Shown here: one piece after another, positions 53,760 to 64,000 of the stretch | Layout: each line of letters opens with the position of its first letter | How positions within the stretch are numbered: position 1 is the first letter of the stretch | NCBI GenBank assembly: GCA_035515795.1 | Contig: DATJAY010000039.1 | Coordinates: 142,964 to 206,963, forward strand | DNA from: Candidatus Acidiferrales bacterium | Lineage (GTDB): Bacteria > Bacteroidota > Ignavibacteria > Kryptoniales > JAKASW01 | DNA length: 64,000 nt | Direction: 5' to 3' | Position numbers and translations under genes: made by a program | The notes under the pieces: model-generated | The model's database searches: none | What the model saw: the letters and a program-made list of their open reading frames with translations, nothing else | Told to the model about the DNA's origin: nothing

Positions 53760-54707
53760 ATGAAACCTGCTCTTAAAGTAAAGATAGGAAATCTGGAGCT
53801 GAAAAATCCATTGATGACAGCTTCCGGTACCTGTGGGTACGGCGACGAGCTCAATCAATATTTTGACATATCTACGCTCGGGGCGGTTGTCACAAAATCG
53901 TTGACTCTAAGACCGAAGATCGGTAACGAACCTCAGCGCATCACCGAGGTCCCATCGGGTATGATAAACTCTATCGGCCTTGCAAACATCGGGATTGAAA
54001 AATTCATCGGGGAGAAGCTGCCGAGGCTGCGGAAGTCGGGTGCGGTGATAATTGCAAACATTGCCGCCAAGAGAGTGGAAGACTACGTTTCGCTTGCCGA
54101 GCAGCTTTCGGTTTTTGATGACATAAAGGGACTTGAGCTGAATTTGTCGTGTCCGAATGTTAAGGAGGGTGGAATCGAATTTGGAACCGACCGAAGGATT
54201 TTAGCGTCAATAGTAAAACAAGTCAGAAAAGTTTTTCCGCGAACCATGATTGTCAAGCTTACGCCGAACGTTACCCGGATCAGTGACTTTGCAGAGGCAT
54301 CTGAAGCCGAAGGAGCAGACGCGGTTACGGTTGCGAATACTTACGTCGGAATGGCCATCGACATTTACAAACGGGCACCGAAAATTCACACCGTCACCGG
54401 CGGCTATTCCGGTCCCGCTATAAAACCGTTGACGCTGGCAAAAGTGTTTCACGTTTATAACGCGGTCAAGATTCCGATAATTGCAAGCGGCGGAATTTTC
54501 GTTTGGCAGGATGTGATCGAATATCTCCTGGCAGGTGCGGCGGCGGTCGAGGTGGGAACCGTTTTGTTCACGAAACCCGACGTCACCGATGAATTTCTGA
54601 ACGAGATAGAATCTTACCTTTCAGCCATGAAGATATCCACGATCACCGAACTCGTCGGGAGCTTGAGCGTCAACATAAGCGATGCCCCGCATTTGAGGGC
54701 CATTTAG
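53760..54707 (+). CDS. pyrD: Dihydroorotate dehydrogenase catalytic subunit (class 1B)
   Basis: 315 aa. Motifs NPLMTASGT, GLELNLSCPNV, VKLTPNV and GGYSGPAIKP. Confidence 0.92.
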   Translation: MKPALKVKIGNLELKNPLMTASGTCGYGDELNQYFDISTLGAVVTKSLTLRPKIGNEPQRITEVPSGMINSIGLANIGIEKFIGEKLPRLRKSGAVIIANIAAKRVEDYVSLAEQLSVFDDIKGLELNLSCPNVKEGGIEFGTDRRILASIVKQVRKVFPRTMIVKLTPNVTRISDFAEASEAEGADAVTVANTYVGMAIDIYKRAPKIHTVTGGYSGPAIKPLTLAKVFHVYNAVKIPIIASGGIFVWQDVIEYLLAGAAAVEVGTVLFTKPDVTDEFLNEIESYLSAMKISTITELVGSLSVNISDAPHLRAI

Positions 54708-54847
54708 TCCAACGGTGGGTTTTATTAGGATTGGGACGACAGCCTTGTGCCTGGAAATACCGAGCAGACAAAGATGTGCGGAATCAAATTTATCCTGGGA
54801 TACTTCCCATTGTTCGAGTGTTTCCTGTCAAATGTTTCTTGAACTCG

Positions 54848-56203
54848 ATGACCAGAATAGATGTTAAATACCAAGGAGCGATTTTGACAACAGAAGGTAC
54901 CATAAAATTCCTTTTCGATCTTGAAAAGTTCGGTATGAAAATGGACCTGCAAAACATCAGGAGGCTGATGGAGTTCGCCGGAGATCCTGACAAGAGACTT
55001 AAGGTGGTACACGTGGCCGGAACTAATGGCAAAGGAAGCACCTGCGCGGCAATCGCAAGCGTTTTGACATCGATGAAATATAAAGTCGGGTTATACACCT
55101 CGCCGCATATTGTCGATTTCTCTGAGCGGATCAGGATCGACGGCACGCAAATTTCTGATCCAGACATTGCTGGACTTGTAGAGTATTTTGAGCCGGAAAT
55201 TATTAACACGCGTGCGACCTTTTTTGAAGCATCCACCGCAATGATGTTCAAGTATTTTGCCGATAATCGCGTCGACTACGCCGTAATAGAAACGGGACTT
55301 GGCGGGAGACTAGACTCAACTAATATCGTCGATCCCTTGGTTTCTATCATAACAAATATTGGTCTCGATCATACACAGATCCTGGGCGATACCTTAGAAA
55401 AGATTGCCCGTGAAAAGGCGGGTATAATCAAACAGGACAGGCCTGCGATCGTAAATGTCGGAACGGATTCAGTTAAAGAAGTGTTTTATTCAATAGCAGG
55501 AAAAAACAGTTCCGAATTGTTCTTCGTTGATGAAGTTGCTCAATACGAAAATCCCACCATGGATCTACATAGCTCAACTATTGATGTTGAAGTTTTGGGG
55601 AACCACTATCCCGGCCTGAAAATCGGGTTGAGCGGTGAGCATCAAGTTCAAAATGCTCTGACGGCACTGACGGCACTCCAGGTTATGAGGCAGCACGGAA
55701 TTACCATAAACAGGGAAAAGGTCTACGAAGGGTTTGAGTTTATATCTGACAATACGGGTCACAGAGGAAGGCTCGAGATCATCAGCAATGATCCTCTGGT
55801 GATTCTTGATGTAGCACACAACCCCGACGGAGTTCGCTCGCTCATGGACAGCCTCGGCCCTCTCGGCGGAAAGAAGGGGATACTCCTGTTTGCCGCAATG
55901 AAGGACAAAGACGTAAAATCTATGCTGAGCTTGTTGCAACAAAGGTTTGGGAGCGTTATCTTAACACAGCTTCGGACTTCGCGTTCTTTAACCGTTTCAG
56001 AGTTGAAGAAGTTGTCTGAAGATATTAAATTACAATCGCAGATTTTTGATAATTCCTCGGAAGCATTAAGAGCCGCCTTAACTCAAATCAATAATGATGG
56101 ATTTCTATTAGTGACGGGTTCCCATTACTTGGGAGGTGAAATCTTGCCGTTGATTGAAAAGACGAGCTTAAATATTCAGTGCCTGACGTCGGGACAGGCG
56201 TGA
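54848..56203 (+). CDS. folC: Bifunctional folylpolyglutamate synthase / dihydrofolate synthase
   Basis: P-loop HVAGTNGKGST; ETGLGGRLDSTN; DVAHNPDG. Start trimmed to ATG 54848, since the 39 upstream codons of the track ORF look non-coding. Confidence 0.88.
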   Translation: MTRIDVKYQGAILTTEGTIKFLFDLEKFGMKMDLQNIRRLMEFAGDPDKRLKVVHVAGTNGKGSTCAAIASVLTSMKYKVGLYTSPHIVDFSERIRIDGTQISDPDIAGLVEYFEPEIINTRATFFEASTAMMFKYFADNRVDYAVIETGLGGRLDSTNIVDPLVSIITNIGLDHTQILGDTLEKIAREKAGIIKQDRPAIVNVGTDSVKEVFYSIAGKNSSELFFVDEVAQYENPTMDLHSSTIDVEVLGNHYPGLKIGLSGEHQVQNALTALTALQVMRQHGITINREKVYEGFEFISDNTGHRGRLEIISNDPLVILDVAHNPDGVRSLMDSLGPLGGKKGILLFAAMKDKDVKSMLSLLQQRFGSVILTQLRTSRSLTVSELKKLSEDIKLQSQIFDNSSEALRAALTQINNDGFLLVTGSHYLGGEILPLIEKTSLNIQCLTSGQA

Positions 56204-56383
56204 GTTTTATATTGGAAATGGATTTATTTATTCCGTTCTTTTTGTCAGAGTGACCCCATTGGGGAATTCCAGCCGAACAATGGATTTAAAAGAGATAAAT
56301 CACGAGTAGGATCGTGGCTTTAGTCTGTCGGGAAATTTCTTCAAATGATAATTTGTAACAAAACCTTTAGGAGGTAGTTTTCA

Positions 56384-57679
56384 ATGAGTGTAGATCTTGC
56401 AGAGTTGCAGGGAATGAAAGTAGCTCAGTTGCAGAAACTAGCAAGGGATCTGGATATCCCTGGGTACAGCGGATTAAGAAAGGAAGAGGTCATCTTCAAG
56501 ATAATGGAGAAACAAAGCACCATCGTGGCAAAAGAGGCGCCTAAGAGTGAAGCGGCGCCGGAATTTCCCGGTATCTCCGTCAGCGCCGGCGTCTTAGACG
56601 TTCACGGCGACGGATATGGATTCTTGCGATCTCCGAAATATAACTACCTTCCTTCGCCTGATGATATCTATGTTTCGCCTTCGCAGATAAAAAAGTTCGG
56701 CCTGATGACCGGGGATACGGTGAGCGGACAAATTCGCCCGCCGAAGGAAGGTGAGAAATTCTTTGCGCTGCTTCGGGTCGAACGAGTAAACTTCCGCGAT
56801 CCCGAGTATGTCCGCGAGCGAATCATGTTCGACAACTTGACGCCGCTTTATCCGAACAAGAAGCTGCACCTTGAGAGTGCTCCGGGCGAATATTCGATGA
56901 GAATCATAGATCTTCTCGCACCGATCGGGGCGGGACAGCGTGGTATGATTGTGTCTCCGCCTAAGGCAGGGAAAACCATCTTCCTGCAAAAAATCGCGAA
57001 CAGCATCACGAGAAATCACCCCGATGTCCGCTTGATCGTCCTCCTCATCGATGAACGTCCCGAAGAAGTTACCGACATGGAACGGTCTGTTAACGCGGAG
57101 GTCGTAAGCTCCACGTTTGACGAGGAACCTCAGCGTCATACCCAGGTAGCCGAAATGGTTCTCGAGAAAGCGCGAAGACTGGTCGAAGCAAAGAACGATG
57201 TTGTAATTCTGTTGGACAGCATTACTCGTCTGGCAAGGGCCTATAACGCAACTGTCCCTCACAGCGGAAAGATCCTTTCCGGCGGCATAGATTCGAACGC
57301 GCTCATCAAACCGAAACGATTTTTCGGCGCCGCCAGAAATATCGAAGAGGGTGGCAGCCTGACCATTATCGGAACGGCATTGATCGAAACCGGAAGCAGA
57401 ATGGATGAAGTAATATTTGAAGAGTTCAAGGGAACAGGTAACATGGAGGTGGTTTTGACTCGTGAGCTCTCCGACAAGAGGGTGTTTCCTGCTATTGATG
57501 TCAACAAGAGCTCGACCAGGCATGAAGAGCTTCTTCTTTCACCCGATGAACTCAATAGGATTTGGGTTCTGAGAAAGATACTCAGCGATTATTCTCCCAT
57601 CGACGCAATGGAATTCTTGCTGGACAAAATGCGCGGAACAAAAAGCAACAAAGAATTTTTAAAGGCAATGAACAGCTAA
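56384..57679 (+). CDS. rho: Transcription termination factor Rho
   Basis: 431 aa. N-terminal [13 protein letters not shown]-binding GYGFLR, Walker [29 protein letters not shown]. Confidence 0.95.
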   Translation: MSVDLAELQGMKVAQLQKLARDLDIPGYSGLRKEEVIFKIMEKQSTIVAKEAPKSEAAPEFPGISVSAGVLDVHGDGYGFLRSPKYNYLPSPDDIYVSPSQIKKFGLMTGDTVSGQIRPPKEGEKFFALLRVERVNFRDPEYVRERIMFDNLTPLYPNKKLHLESAPGEYSMRIIDLLAPIGAGQRGMIVSPPKAGKTIFLQKIANSITRNHPDVRLIVLLIDERPEEVTDMERSVNAEVVSSTFDEEPQRHTQVAEMVLEKARRLVEAKNDVVILLDSITRLARAYNATVPHSGKILSGGIDSNALIKPKRFFGAARNIEEGGSLTIIGTALIETGSRMDEVIFEEFKGTGNMEVVLTRELSDKRVFPAIDVNKSSTRHEELLLSPDELNRIWVLRKILSDYSPIDAMEFLLDKMRGTKSNKEFLKAMNS

Positions 57680-57692
57680 AAGGGAGGTCCCT

Positions 57693-58862
57693 ATGAGACA
57701 GGTCGTCATAGCCAGCGCCTGTCGAACTCCGATTGGATCGTTTCAGGGGACTTTGAGCGGGGTTACTGCACCACGGTTAGGATCGATTGTAATCAGAGAT
57801 GCCGTCAGCCGTGCGGGAATTTCTCCAAAACAAGTGGATGAGGTTTTCATGGGCTGTGCCTTAGCTGCGGGGGTCGGGCAAGCACCTGCGAGACAGGCGG
57901 CAATTTTTGCGGGAATTCCAAATTCTGTTCCATGCACCACGATAAACAAAGTCTGCGGATCCGGGCTGAAATCCGTGATGCTCGGTGCGTTGACGATAAT
58001 GGCCGGAGAAGCCGACATCGTTGTAGCCGGCGGAATGGAGAGCATGTCCAATGCACCCTATTTGCTTGAAAAAGCGAGAACGGGGTACAAAATGGGCGAC
58101 GGAAAGATAGTTGATTCCATGGTGAAGGACGGATTGTGGGACGTTTACAACAATTTTCATATGGGCAACGCGGCAGAATTATGCGCGCGTGAATGCAACA
58201 TTCCACGCGGCGCGCAGGACGAATTTGCCGCATTGAGTTATCGCCGAGCATTGAAGGCGATGGACAATGGATATTTCAAGAACGAAATCGTCCCCGTGCC
58301 TGTTGATACAAAGGACGGTGGCTTCGTCGAGGAGGATGAAGAACCACGCAGGGTAAAATTCGACAAGATGGTACAACTGAAGCCGGCGTTCGAGAAGGAC
58401 GGGACCGTGACTGCTGCCAACGCAAGCAAACTCAACGACGGTGCGGCGGCCGTCGTTCTTATGGCCGAGGAAACTGCGCGCGAATTGCTGATCGAGCCGC
58501 TCGCAAGGATCGTGTCACAGGCTTCGCACGCACAGGCGCCTGAGCAGTTTACTACGGCGCCCGTTTCCGTCATCCAAAAACTACTGAAGAAATCCGGTCT
58601 GAAAAAAGAAGACATAGATTTATTTGAGATCAATGAAGCCTTTGCCGTTGTTTTGCTGGCGGCAAAACAAACGCTCGATCTGGATATTGACAGGGTAAAT
58701 ATTCATGGCGGTGCGGTAGCGCTTGGGCACCCAATCGGCGCGAGCGGGACGAGAATATTAACGACACTTATTTACGCGATGCGGAGAAAAGACTCTCACA
58801 AAGGTCTTGCCGCGATCTGCATCGGAGGAGGAGAAGCGGCAGGAATCATAATTGAAAGGTGA
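57693..58862 (+). CDS. Acetyl-CoA C-acetyltransferase (thiolase II)
   Basis: 389 aa. Active-site NKVCGSGLKS, NIHGGAVALGHPIGASG, CIGGGEA. Confidence 0.93.
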   Translation: MRQVVIASACRTPIGSFQGTLSGVTAPRLGSIVIRDAVSRAGISPKQVDEVFMGCALAAGVGQAPARQAAIFAGIPNSVPCTTINKVCGSGLKSVMLGALTIMAGEADIVVAGGMESMSNAPYLLEKARTGYKMGDGKIVDSMVKDGLWDVYNNFHMGNAAELCARECNIPRGAQDEFAALSYRRALKAMDNGYFKNEIVPVPVDTKDGGFVEEDEEPRRVKFDKMVQLKPAFEKDGTVTAANASKLNDGAAAVVLMAEETARELLIEPLARIVSQASHAQAPEQFTTAPVSVIQKLLKKSGLKKEDIDLFEINEAFAVVLLAAKQTLDLDIDRVNIHGGAVALGHPIGASGTRILTTLIYAMRRKDSHKGLAAICIGGGEAAGIIIER

Positions 58863-58865
58863 AGA

Positions 58866-59738
58866 ATGGAAGTATGTAACGTAGGGGTGGTTGGTGCGGG
58901 AACAATGGGCAACGGGATTGCCCATATTTTAGCACTGTGCAAATTCAACGTCAACTTGATTGATGTTAGACGTGATGCGGTTGAAAGAGGGATGAACTAC
59001 ATACGCCTCAATATGGATAGGCAGGTTGCAAAAGGGCTGATTTCCGTAAATCAGAAAGATGAAGCGTTAAGTAAGATTACTCCGTCGACCTCCCTCGAAA
59101 TCGGTGCGCGCGACATGGATTTTGTAATTGAAGCGGCAACGGAAAACATCAAGGTGAAAAAAGATTTGTTTCATACGCTCAGCGATGTTTGCAAGCCGGA
59201 GACTGTCCTCGCGAGCAATACCTCGTCGATTTCGATCACAGATCTTGCATCCGCAACGTTGAAACCCGACAAAGTTATCGGCATGCATTTTTTTAATCCG
59301 GTGCCCGTCATGAAACTTATCGAAATCATCAAGGGACTAACTACATCAAACGAGACCTTCGAGACAACCAGAAATCTTTCCTACAAATTAGAAAAGGTAC
59401 CCGTGGAGGTTAATGACTATCCGGGCTTCGTTTCGAACCGTATTCTCATGCCGATGATAAACGAGGGGATCTATTGTGTAATGGAAAGCGTCGCCACAGC
59501 GGAGGCGGTCGACACAATAATGAAACTCGGAATGAATCACCCGATGGGGCCGCTGGCACTCGCAGACCTCATCGGATTAGACGTATGTCTGGATATCATG
59601 AACGTTTTGTTTCACGGAACGGGCGATCCAAAATACAGACCATGTCCGTTGCTGAAGAAAATGGTAGCTGCCGGATATCTGGGGAGGAAGAGCGGAAAGG
59701 GGTTTTATACCTACGAGCAGAAACCAGCGCAAAACTAA
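58866..59738 (+). CDS. hbd: 3-hydroxybutyryl-CoA dehydrogenase
   Basis: 290 aa. [42 protein letters not shown]. Confidence 0.92.
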   Translation: MEVCNVGVVGAGTMGNGIAHILALCKFNVNLIDVRRDAVERGMNYIRLNMDRQVAKGLISVNQKDEALSKITPSTSLEIGARDMDFVIEAATENIKVKKDLFHTLSDVCKPETVLASNTSSISITDLASATLKPDKVIGMHFFNPVPVMKLIEIIKGLTTSNETFETTRNLSYKLEKVPVEVNDYPGFVSNRILMPMINEGIYCVMESVATAEAVDTIMKLGMNHPMGPLALADLIGLDVCLDIMNVLFHGTGDPKYRPCPLLKKMVAAGYLGRKSGKGFYTYEQKPAQN

Positions 59739-59769
59739 CCGGTGTCGTATCTCCTTTCGGGCAAGTTGA

Positions 59770-60918
59770 ATGATTGATTTTGATCTGACTGAGGAGCAGC
59801 TTCAAATCAAAGAAGCCGCCAGAGATTTTGCGGATAGGGAACTGGCAGGCGGGGCGGCAGAGCGCGATGAGAAGGAGGAATTTCCGTTTGAACAAGTAAA
59901 GAAGATGGGTGAACTTGGCTTCATGGGTATGATGGTCTCGACTGAACATGGCGGCGCTGGTCTCGACACCGTCGGCTATGTTTTGGCGCTGGAAGAAATC
60001 AGCCGGGCGGATGCTTCTGCCGGAGTGATAATGAGCGTAAACAACTCCCTCGTTTGCTGGGGAATGGAAAAGTTCGGAAGCGAAAATCAGAAAAAGAAAT
60101 ACCTTACGCCGCTTGCGTCCGGCAAAATCCTCGGAGCCTTCTGTCTTTCGGAGCCTGAAGCGGGGAGCGACGCTGCTAACCAGCATACGACCGCGAGGCG
60201 CGAAGGAGACTTCTATGTGCTTAACGGTACGAAGAATTTTATAACAAATGGCGTAAATGCGGACACACTTTTGGTAATGGCGGCGACGGATAAAACAAAA
60301 GGCGCCCACGGCATCAGCACCTTCATCGTCGAAAAGAAATTTCCGGGAGTAAGTATTTCGAAGAAAGAACGAAAGCTGGGAATAAGGAGCTCTGACACAG
60401 CGCAGATTACATTCCAGGACTGCAGAGTTCCCGTCGAGAACCGGGTCGGCGAAGAAGGTTTCGGGTTCAGGTTTGCGATGATGACCCTCGACGGCGGCAG
60501 GATCGGCATTGCCGCGCAGGCAGTCGGTATCGCAATGGCGGCGCTCGATGCATCGGTCAAATATGTCAAGGAGAGAAAAGTTTTCGACAAACTTCTTTAC
60601 GAGCTCCAGGCGATTCAGTTTAAACTTGCAGACATGCACACGAACATTGAAGCCGCCCAGCTTTTGGTTTTGAACGCGGCTTTGAAGAAAGATGGGGGGG
60701 AAAGTTTTACGAAGGAAGCCGCTATGGCGAAATTGTCTGCGTCCAAGGTCGCTGTCGAATGCGCCCTGGAGGCGATTCAAATCCATGGCGGTTATGGATA
60801 CATCAAGGATTTTCCTGTCGAGCGATATCTCCGCGATGCAAAGATAACTGAAATTTACGAAGGCACCTCGGAAATTCAACACCTTGTTATTGCAAGGGAA
60901 GTACTGGATTTGAAATAG
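59770..60918 (+). CDS. Acyl-CoA dehydrogenase (short/butyryl-chain type)
   Basis: 382 aa. GAFCLSEPEAGSD, QIHGGYGY, and YEGTSEIQ with the catalytic Glu near the C-terminus. Confidence 0.93.
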   Translation: MIDFDLTEEQLQIKEAARDFADRELAGGAAERDEKEEFPFEQVKKMGELGFMGMMVSTEHGGAGLDTVGYVLALEEISRADASAGVIMSVNNSLVCWGMEKFGSENQKKKYLTPLASGKILGAFCLSEPEAGSDAANQHTTARREGDFYVLNGTKNFITNGVNADTLLVMAATDKTKGAHGISTFIVEKKFPGVSISKKERKLGIRSSDTAQITFQDCRVPVENRVGEEGFGFRFAMMTLDGGRIGIAAQAVGIAMAALDASVKYVKERKVFDKLLYELQAIQFKLADMHTNIEAAQLLVLNAALKKDGGESFTKEAAMAKLSASKVAVECALEAIQIHGGYGYIKDFPVERYLRDAKITEIYEGTSEIQHLVIAREVLDLK

Positions 60919-60979
60919 TCGATTACTCTGAAAACCGTTCCGGCTTACTTTCAAAAGCTCATTTATGGAATTATAAGGA

Positions 60980-63457
60980 ATGAAAAACTTTGTCGTTGCC
61001 GGCATTTTATTTATATCCCTCTTGCCGCAAATGCTTTCTGCCGAAGTTCACGTCCTGCCCACGCCGAAATTCGTCGATGAGAGTGGCAATGCCGTTAAAT
61101 TCGGAAAAATTTCGGTTTCCTTCGATGGTCCGGCGAGCGACAGCGCATCTTTGATCGAACTAAAGAATTATTTCGGCAATGATTTGTTACGCCAGGAGAA
61201 GACAGACCGCGCACTTGTTGTCTACGCTCATCTCATTAACCCAGGCGAGCTCAAGTCCAAAACCATGCTTGATGGAACGGACCGCCGTATTCCCGCCGCT
61301 GCCCGGGACAGCGTACTAAATTCCGAAGATGGATATGTTCTTTCTTCGGGCGACAATCATATCCAGATCTTCGCGAATAAAAAGACGGGAGTCTTCTACG
61401 CCGTAGCGACTCTTCTCCAACTTGCGCAAAAAGAAACGGAAGGGTATAGCTTCCCGAAGATAACGATCGCCGATTACCCGTCAATGAAGATGCGGGGAAT
61501 AAGCGACGATATCAGCCGCGGCCAGGTTTCAACCATAGCGAATTTCAAGAAGATCATCCGCTTTCTTGCAATGTACAAGATGAACGTCTACATGCCTTAC
61601 ATAGAGAACGTTTTTGAATTCAAAGTTTATCCGGAATTCAGCAGAGGCCGTGCGCCTCTCACTGCACAGGAGGTCGCGCAACTCGATTCGTTCGCAAGGC
61701 TGTACCATGTTGAGATGATACCCATCTTTGAGACTCTCGGACACATGGAGGATGTCCTGCAAAAGCCGGAATTTGAGAAGTATGCGGAATTTCCCGGGGC
61801 CATGTCTGTAAACATCGCGAACGATTCGACATATTTGTTTATGAAAAATTTGTTGTCGGAGATCGCTCCTGCGTTCTCAAGCAAATACTTCAACATGGCG
61901 GCTGACGAAAGTTTTGACGTCGGACTCGGTGCCAGCAAGGGCTTGGTAGACTCCGTCGGAATAGATCAGGCGCATGCGCAGTATTACAGGAAGATCTATG
62001 ATGTGCTGAAGTCGCTGGGCAAAGAGGTACTGATGTACGGAGATATTGTTTTGAAAAACCCCGCCATCCTTTCGGAAATTCCCAGAGACATCACAATAGT
62101 GGATTGGGAATACGGGGCGTCGTTCGATTATCCGAGCATTGAGAAATTAAAAAATCCTGGTTTCAGCTTCATTGTTTCGCCCGCGCTTTGGAATTTCACC
62201 GGACCGTTCCCCAACTTTTATAATAGCTACGCGAACATCGAGTACTTCACGCGTGATGGATACGAAGCCGGTGCGGCGGGAGTTATCGTTTCAACCTGGA
62301 ACGATAACGGTGCGGCCGAACTTCGTGAACTGAACTATCCCGGTTATGCGTGGAGTGCGGAGTGTGCCTGGAATCCTGAAACCTCCTCGCCCGCCAATTT
62401 TGAAAACAGTTTTTTCCGACGGTACTTCAGAACTGAATCGGACCTGCCCCGGATAATTTATGAACTCCTAAGCTCCACGAGCAATCAAATATCCTGGTAC
62501 GAGTTCTGGCGAGCGCCGTTTATTGATAAGTTTGACTGGAACACGCCGGTGAGAGCGGCGAGCATTGAGTCTTGCATGCCTGAGGTGTTGTCGCTCATAA
62601 AGGATGCGAGAAAGAATGTCGGGGCGAATAAAGACATGCTGGATTTATACGAGCTTGCTGCAAGGATCAACAAGTACTGGGCAGACAAAGTCTCGGCCGT
62701 CACGGAGATTCAGAGTATTGCCACCGACAGCACCATGGCACCCCGAGACAAAAAGGAAAAAGTATCCTCTATTACCGATTCGCTTCTTGCATCGCTGTCA
62801 AGGTTGAAGAAAGATTATGCGGCTTTGTATTTGAGAACGAACCGGCATCCAATGCTCCAACTCATCGAATGGAGGTTTGACGATCAGATGAAGGAGTTGA
62901 CCGCTGGTGCCGGGGCAATTCTATCCGGCGATTCTACGTTCAATCAAGTGCTGGCGTCAAAATTCATTTATTATCCGGGCAGCCGTCCTTACTCGAATGG
63001 TTTGTTCAAGATCGATTCGGCGACATTCGTGAAGACGATCGATCTTTCGAAAGTTCCTGATATCGATACGATTCAGTTAATCGGCGACACATATTGCAAA
63101 CTCTTCATCAACGGCGTTAATGCCGGAGAGGTGCGGGCGAGAAGGACATTGACATGGGACGTCGAGAAAGAACGAGTGAGAGTGTTCGACATTTCGAGCT
63201 ATCTGCATATCGGAGCGAATACTATCATGGTACAGGCGATAAACTATGATCGCAACGGTTCCGCCGGCTGCAACATCTTTGGGCAAATCGGGGACGACAC
63301 TCTGGAAACTGACAGCACCTGGAAGGTTGCGAGAGGAATTGTTTCTCCCGATGGTCTGAGCGCCGCTAAATTTCTCGACGCAGCACCTTATGACAACGGC
63401 TGGCTTATTTCGGCTCCGAAGTTTTCGATCGGACTTAAGTCATGGATCGAAAGATAA
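60980..63457 (+). CDS. Glycoside hydrolase family 20-like enzyme with C-terminal beta-sandwich domain
   Basis: 825 aa. Signal peptide, GH20-like TIM barrel (MRGISDDISRG, VEMIPIFETLGHME, FNMAADESFDVG with the D-E pair), and a C-terminal ~150 aa resembling rhamnosidase-N/galactose-binding-like folds. Confidence 0.8.
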   Translation: MKNFVVAGILFISLLPQMLSAEVHVLPTPKFVDESGNAVKFGKISVSFDGPASDSASLIELKNYFGNDLLRQEKTDRALVVYAHLINPGELKSKTMLDGTDRRIPAAARDSVLNSEDGYVLSSGDNHIQIFANKKTGVFYAVATLLQLAQKETEGYSFPKITIADYPSMKMRGISDDISRGQVSTIANFKKIIRFLAMYKMNVYMPYIENVFEFKVYPEFSRGRAPLTAQEVAQLDSFARLYHVEMIPIFETLGHMEDVLQKPEFEKYAEFPGAMSVNIANDSTYLFMKNLLSEIAPAFSSKYFNMAADESFDVGLGASKGLVDSVGIDQAHAQYYRKIYDVLKSLGKEVLMYGDIVLKNPAILSEIPRDITIVDWEYGASFDYPSIEKLKNPGFSFIVSPALWNFTGPFPNFYNSYANIEYFTRDGYEAGAAGVIVSTWNDNGAAELRELNYPGYAWSAECAWNPETSSPANFENSFFRRYFRTESDLPRIIYELLSSTSNQISWYEFWRAPFIDKFDWNTPVRAASIESCMPEVLSLIKDARKNVGANKDMLDLYELAARINKYWADKVSAVTEIQSIATDSTMAPRDKKEKVSSITDSLLASLSRLKKDYAALYLRTNRHPMLQLIEWRFDDQMKELTAGAGAILSGDSTFNQVLASKFIYYPGSRPYSNGLFKIDSATFVKTIDLSKVPDIDTIQLIGDTYCKLFINGVNAGEVRARRTLTWDVEKERVRVFDISSYLHIGANTIMVQAINYDRNGSAGCNIFGQIGDDTLETDSTWKVARGIVSPDGLSAAKFLDAAPYDNGWLISAPKFSIGLKSWIER

Positions 63458-63636
63458 AATCGATATGTACTTCATTCGTGCACGCAAGCACCGAGGAGCA
63501 TACCGTTCACTAAAAAGGGAACGAACAGCGATCCCTCTCTTCGCAGGAGAAGGTCATGCGTCCTTCGCAATTTTCATAAGCGGGGGCAATGTCGGTAAAT
63601 GAAAAAGATCTGACCACTAAAATTCTAGAAAGAAGC

Positions 63637-64000
63637 ATGGCGAATCTATTCAAAAACATAACACCTGAGTTCATAAATAGCCTCAGCAAAGGCACCATGG
63701 CCGAGAGAATCGGAATCGAGATAACAGAAATCGGAGGCGATTACATAAAGGGGAAGATGCCTGTCGACAGCAGGACAGTCCAGACATACGGCATTCTGCA
63801 TGGCGGTGCATCGGCGGCGCTCGCAGAAACGCTCGGCAGTGTCGCGGGGATGATAACCCTGGATCATGAGAAGGAATTCTGTGTCGGCCTGGAAATCAAT
63901 GCAAACCATATACGAAGCGTCAGACACGGATATGTCACAGGTACGGCTCGACCGCTTCACATCGGAAGCAGGACGCAGGTCTGGGAAATAAAAATTGAAA
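63637..64000 (+). CDS. PaaI/YdiI-type hotdog-fold thioesterase, truncated by the right window edge
   Basis: From ATG 63637: MANLFKNITPEFINSLSKGTMAERIGIEITEIGGDYIKGKMPVD..TYGILHGGASAALAETLGS..GLEINANH, the typical PaaI-family core. Confidence 0.8.
   Translation, partial: MANLFKNITPEFINSLSKGTMAERIGIEITEIGGDYIKGKMPVDSRTVQTYGILHGGASAALAETLGSVAGMITLDHEKEFCVGLEINANHIRSVRHGYVTGTARPLHIGSRTQVWEIKIE

Noticed and set aside
54731-54847. 39-codon N-terminal extension of folC in the track ORF
   Set aside because: The extension has no similarity to FolC N-termini. ATG 54848 leaves the usual ~20 residues before the conserved L..L..FG motif.
56594-57523. 309-aa ORF antisense to rho
   Set aside because: It lies entirely within a very well-supported rho CDS. 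The composition is typical of an antisense shadow frame, and there is no motif.
59596-61005. 469-codon ORF antisense to the acyl-CoA dehydrogenase gene, the longest unexplained ORF in the track
   Set aside because: Its codons are in exact register with the sense codons, so antisense stops correspond to sense TTA, CTA and TCA. It is therefore open simply because the dehydrogenase avoids those codons. The product is low-complexity, Arg/Phe/Ser-rich, and has no recognisable motif. The sense-strand product is an unmistakable acyl-CoA dehydrogenase. This is a classic shadow ORF.
1-64000. Looked for tRNA/rRNA genes, CRISPR repeat-spacer arrays, IS elements, integrases, reverse transcriptases, toxin-antitoxin pairs and known defence-system signatures
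   Set aside because: No T-loop-like GGTTCGAATCC-type motifs in the intergenic regions, no regularly spaced direct repeats, and no transposase, integrase, RT, nuclease or NTPase defence-type ORFs. The only RNA gene I can support is rnpB. A scan by eye cannot exclude small RNAs.

Overview
This 64-kb window comes from a bacterial chromosome of roughly 45-50% GC. Lipoprotein, Big_5, TPR and GH families and the operon style suggest an FCB-group organism (Ignavibacteriota/Bacteroidota-like), but that is inference only. All protein calls rest on reading the supplied ORF translations for family signatures; no database search was run.

I call about 70 protein genes and one RNA gene (rnpB, RNase P RNA). 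I saw no tRNA, rRNA, CRISPR array, transposase or integrase.

Most of the window is housekeeping:
- pyrR-pyrB-pyrC with a candidate PyrR-binding leader hairpin, and aat
- Nif3 / Zn-ribbon / RNase H / rnpB
- recJ, yebC-ruvC-ruvA, alr
- sugar-nucleotide genes, rlpA, a SpoU-type methyltransferase, LemA-M48
- mnmA, pyrK-pyrD, folC
- rho followed by thiolase-hbd-acyl-CoA dehydrogenase
- GH2 and GH20 glycosidases and an M16 peptidase

Regions worth a second look:
1. 22.3-29.5 kb: a co-oriented accessory block with three DGPF/YciI paralogs, AhpD-like, SnoaL, TfoX-N, three DUF1801 and VOC genes, a GC-rich methyltransferase, a coupled 62-aa membrane ORF and an ECF42-type sigma factor with no anti-sigma.
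2. 47.4-50.7 kb: a translationally coupled operon of a cNMP/GAF histidine kinase, a macro-domain protein and a SAM methyltransferase, converging on an orphan receiver domain.
3. 41.7-45.0 kb: an AmmeMemoRadiSam trio coupled to a fourth DUF2520 Rossmann gene.
4. 17.3-22.3 kb: an envelope methionine-repair module (CcdA-thioredoxin fusion, exported Cys-poor MsrB, secreted peptide with 25% Met) next to an ECF sigma with an RsrA-like zinc anti-sigma.
5. rnpB overlapping the stop codon of an RNase H gene.
6. An orphan intrinsic terminator in the Nif3 leader.
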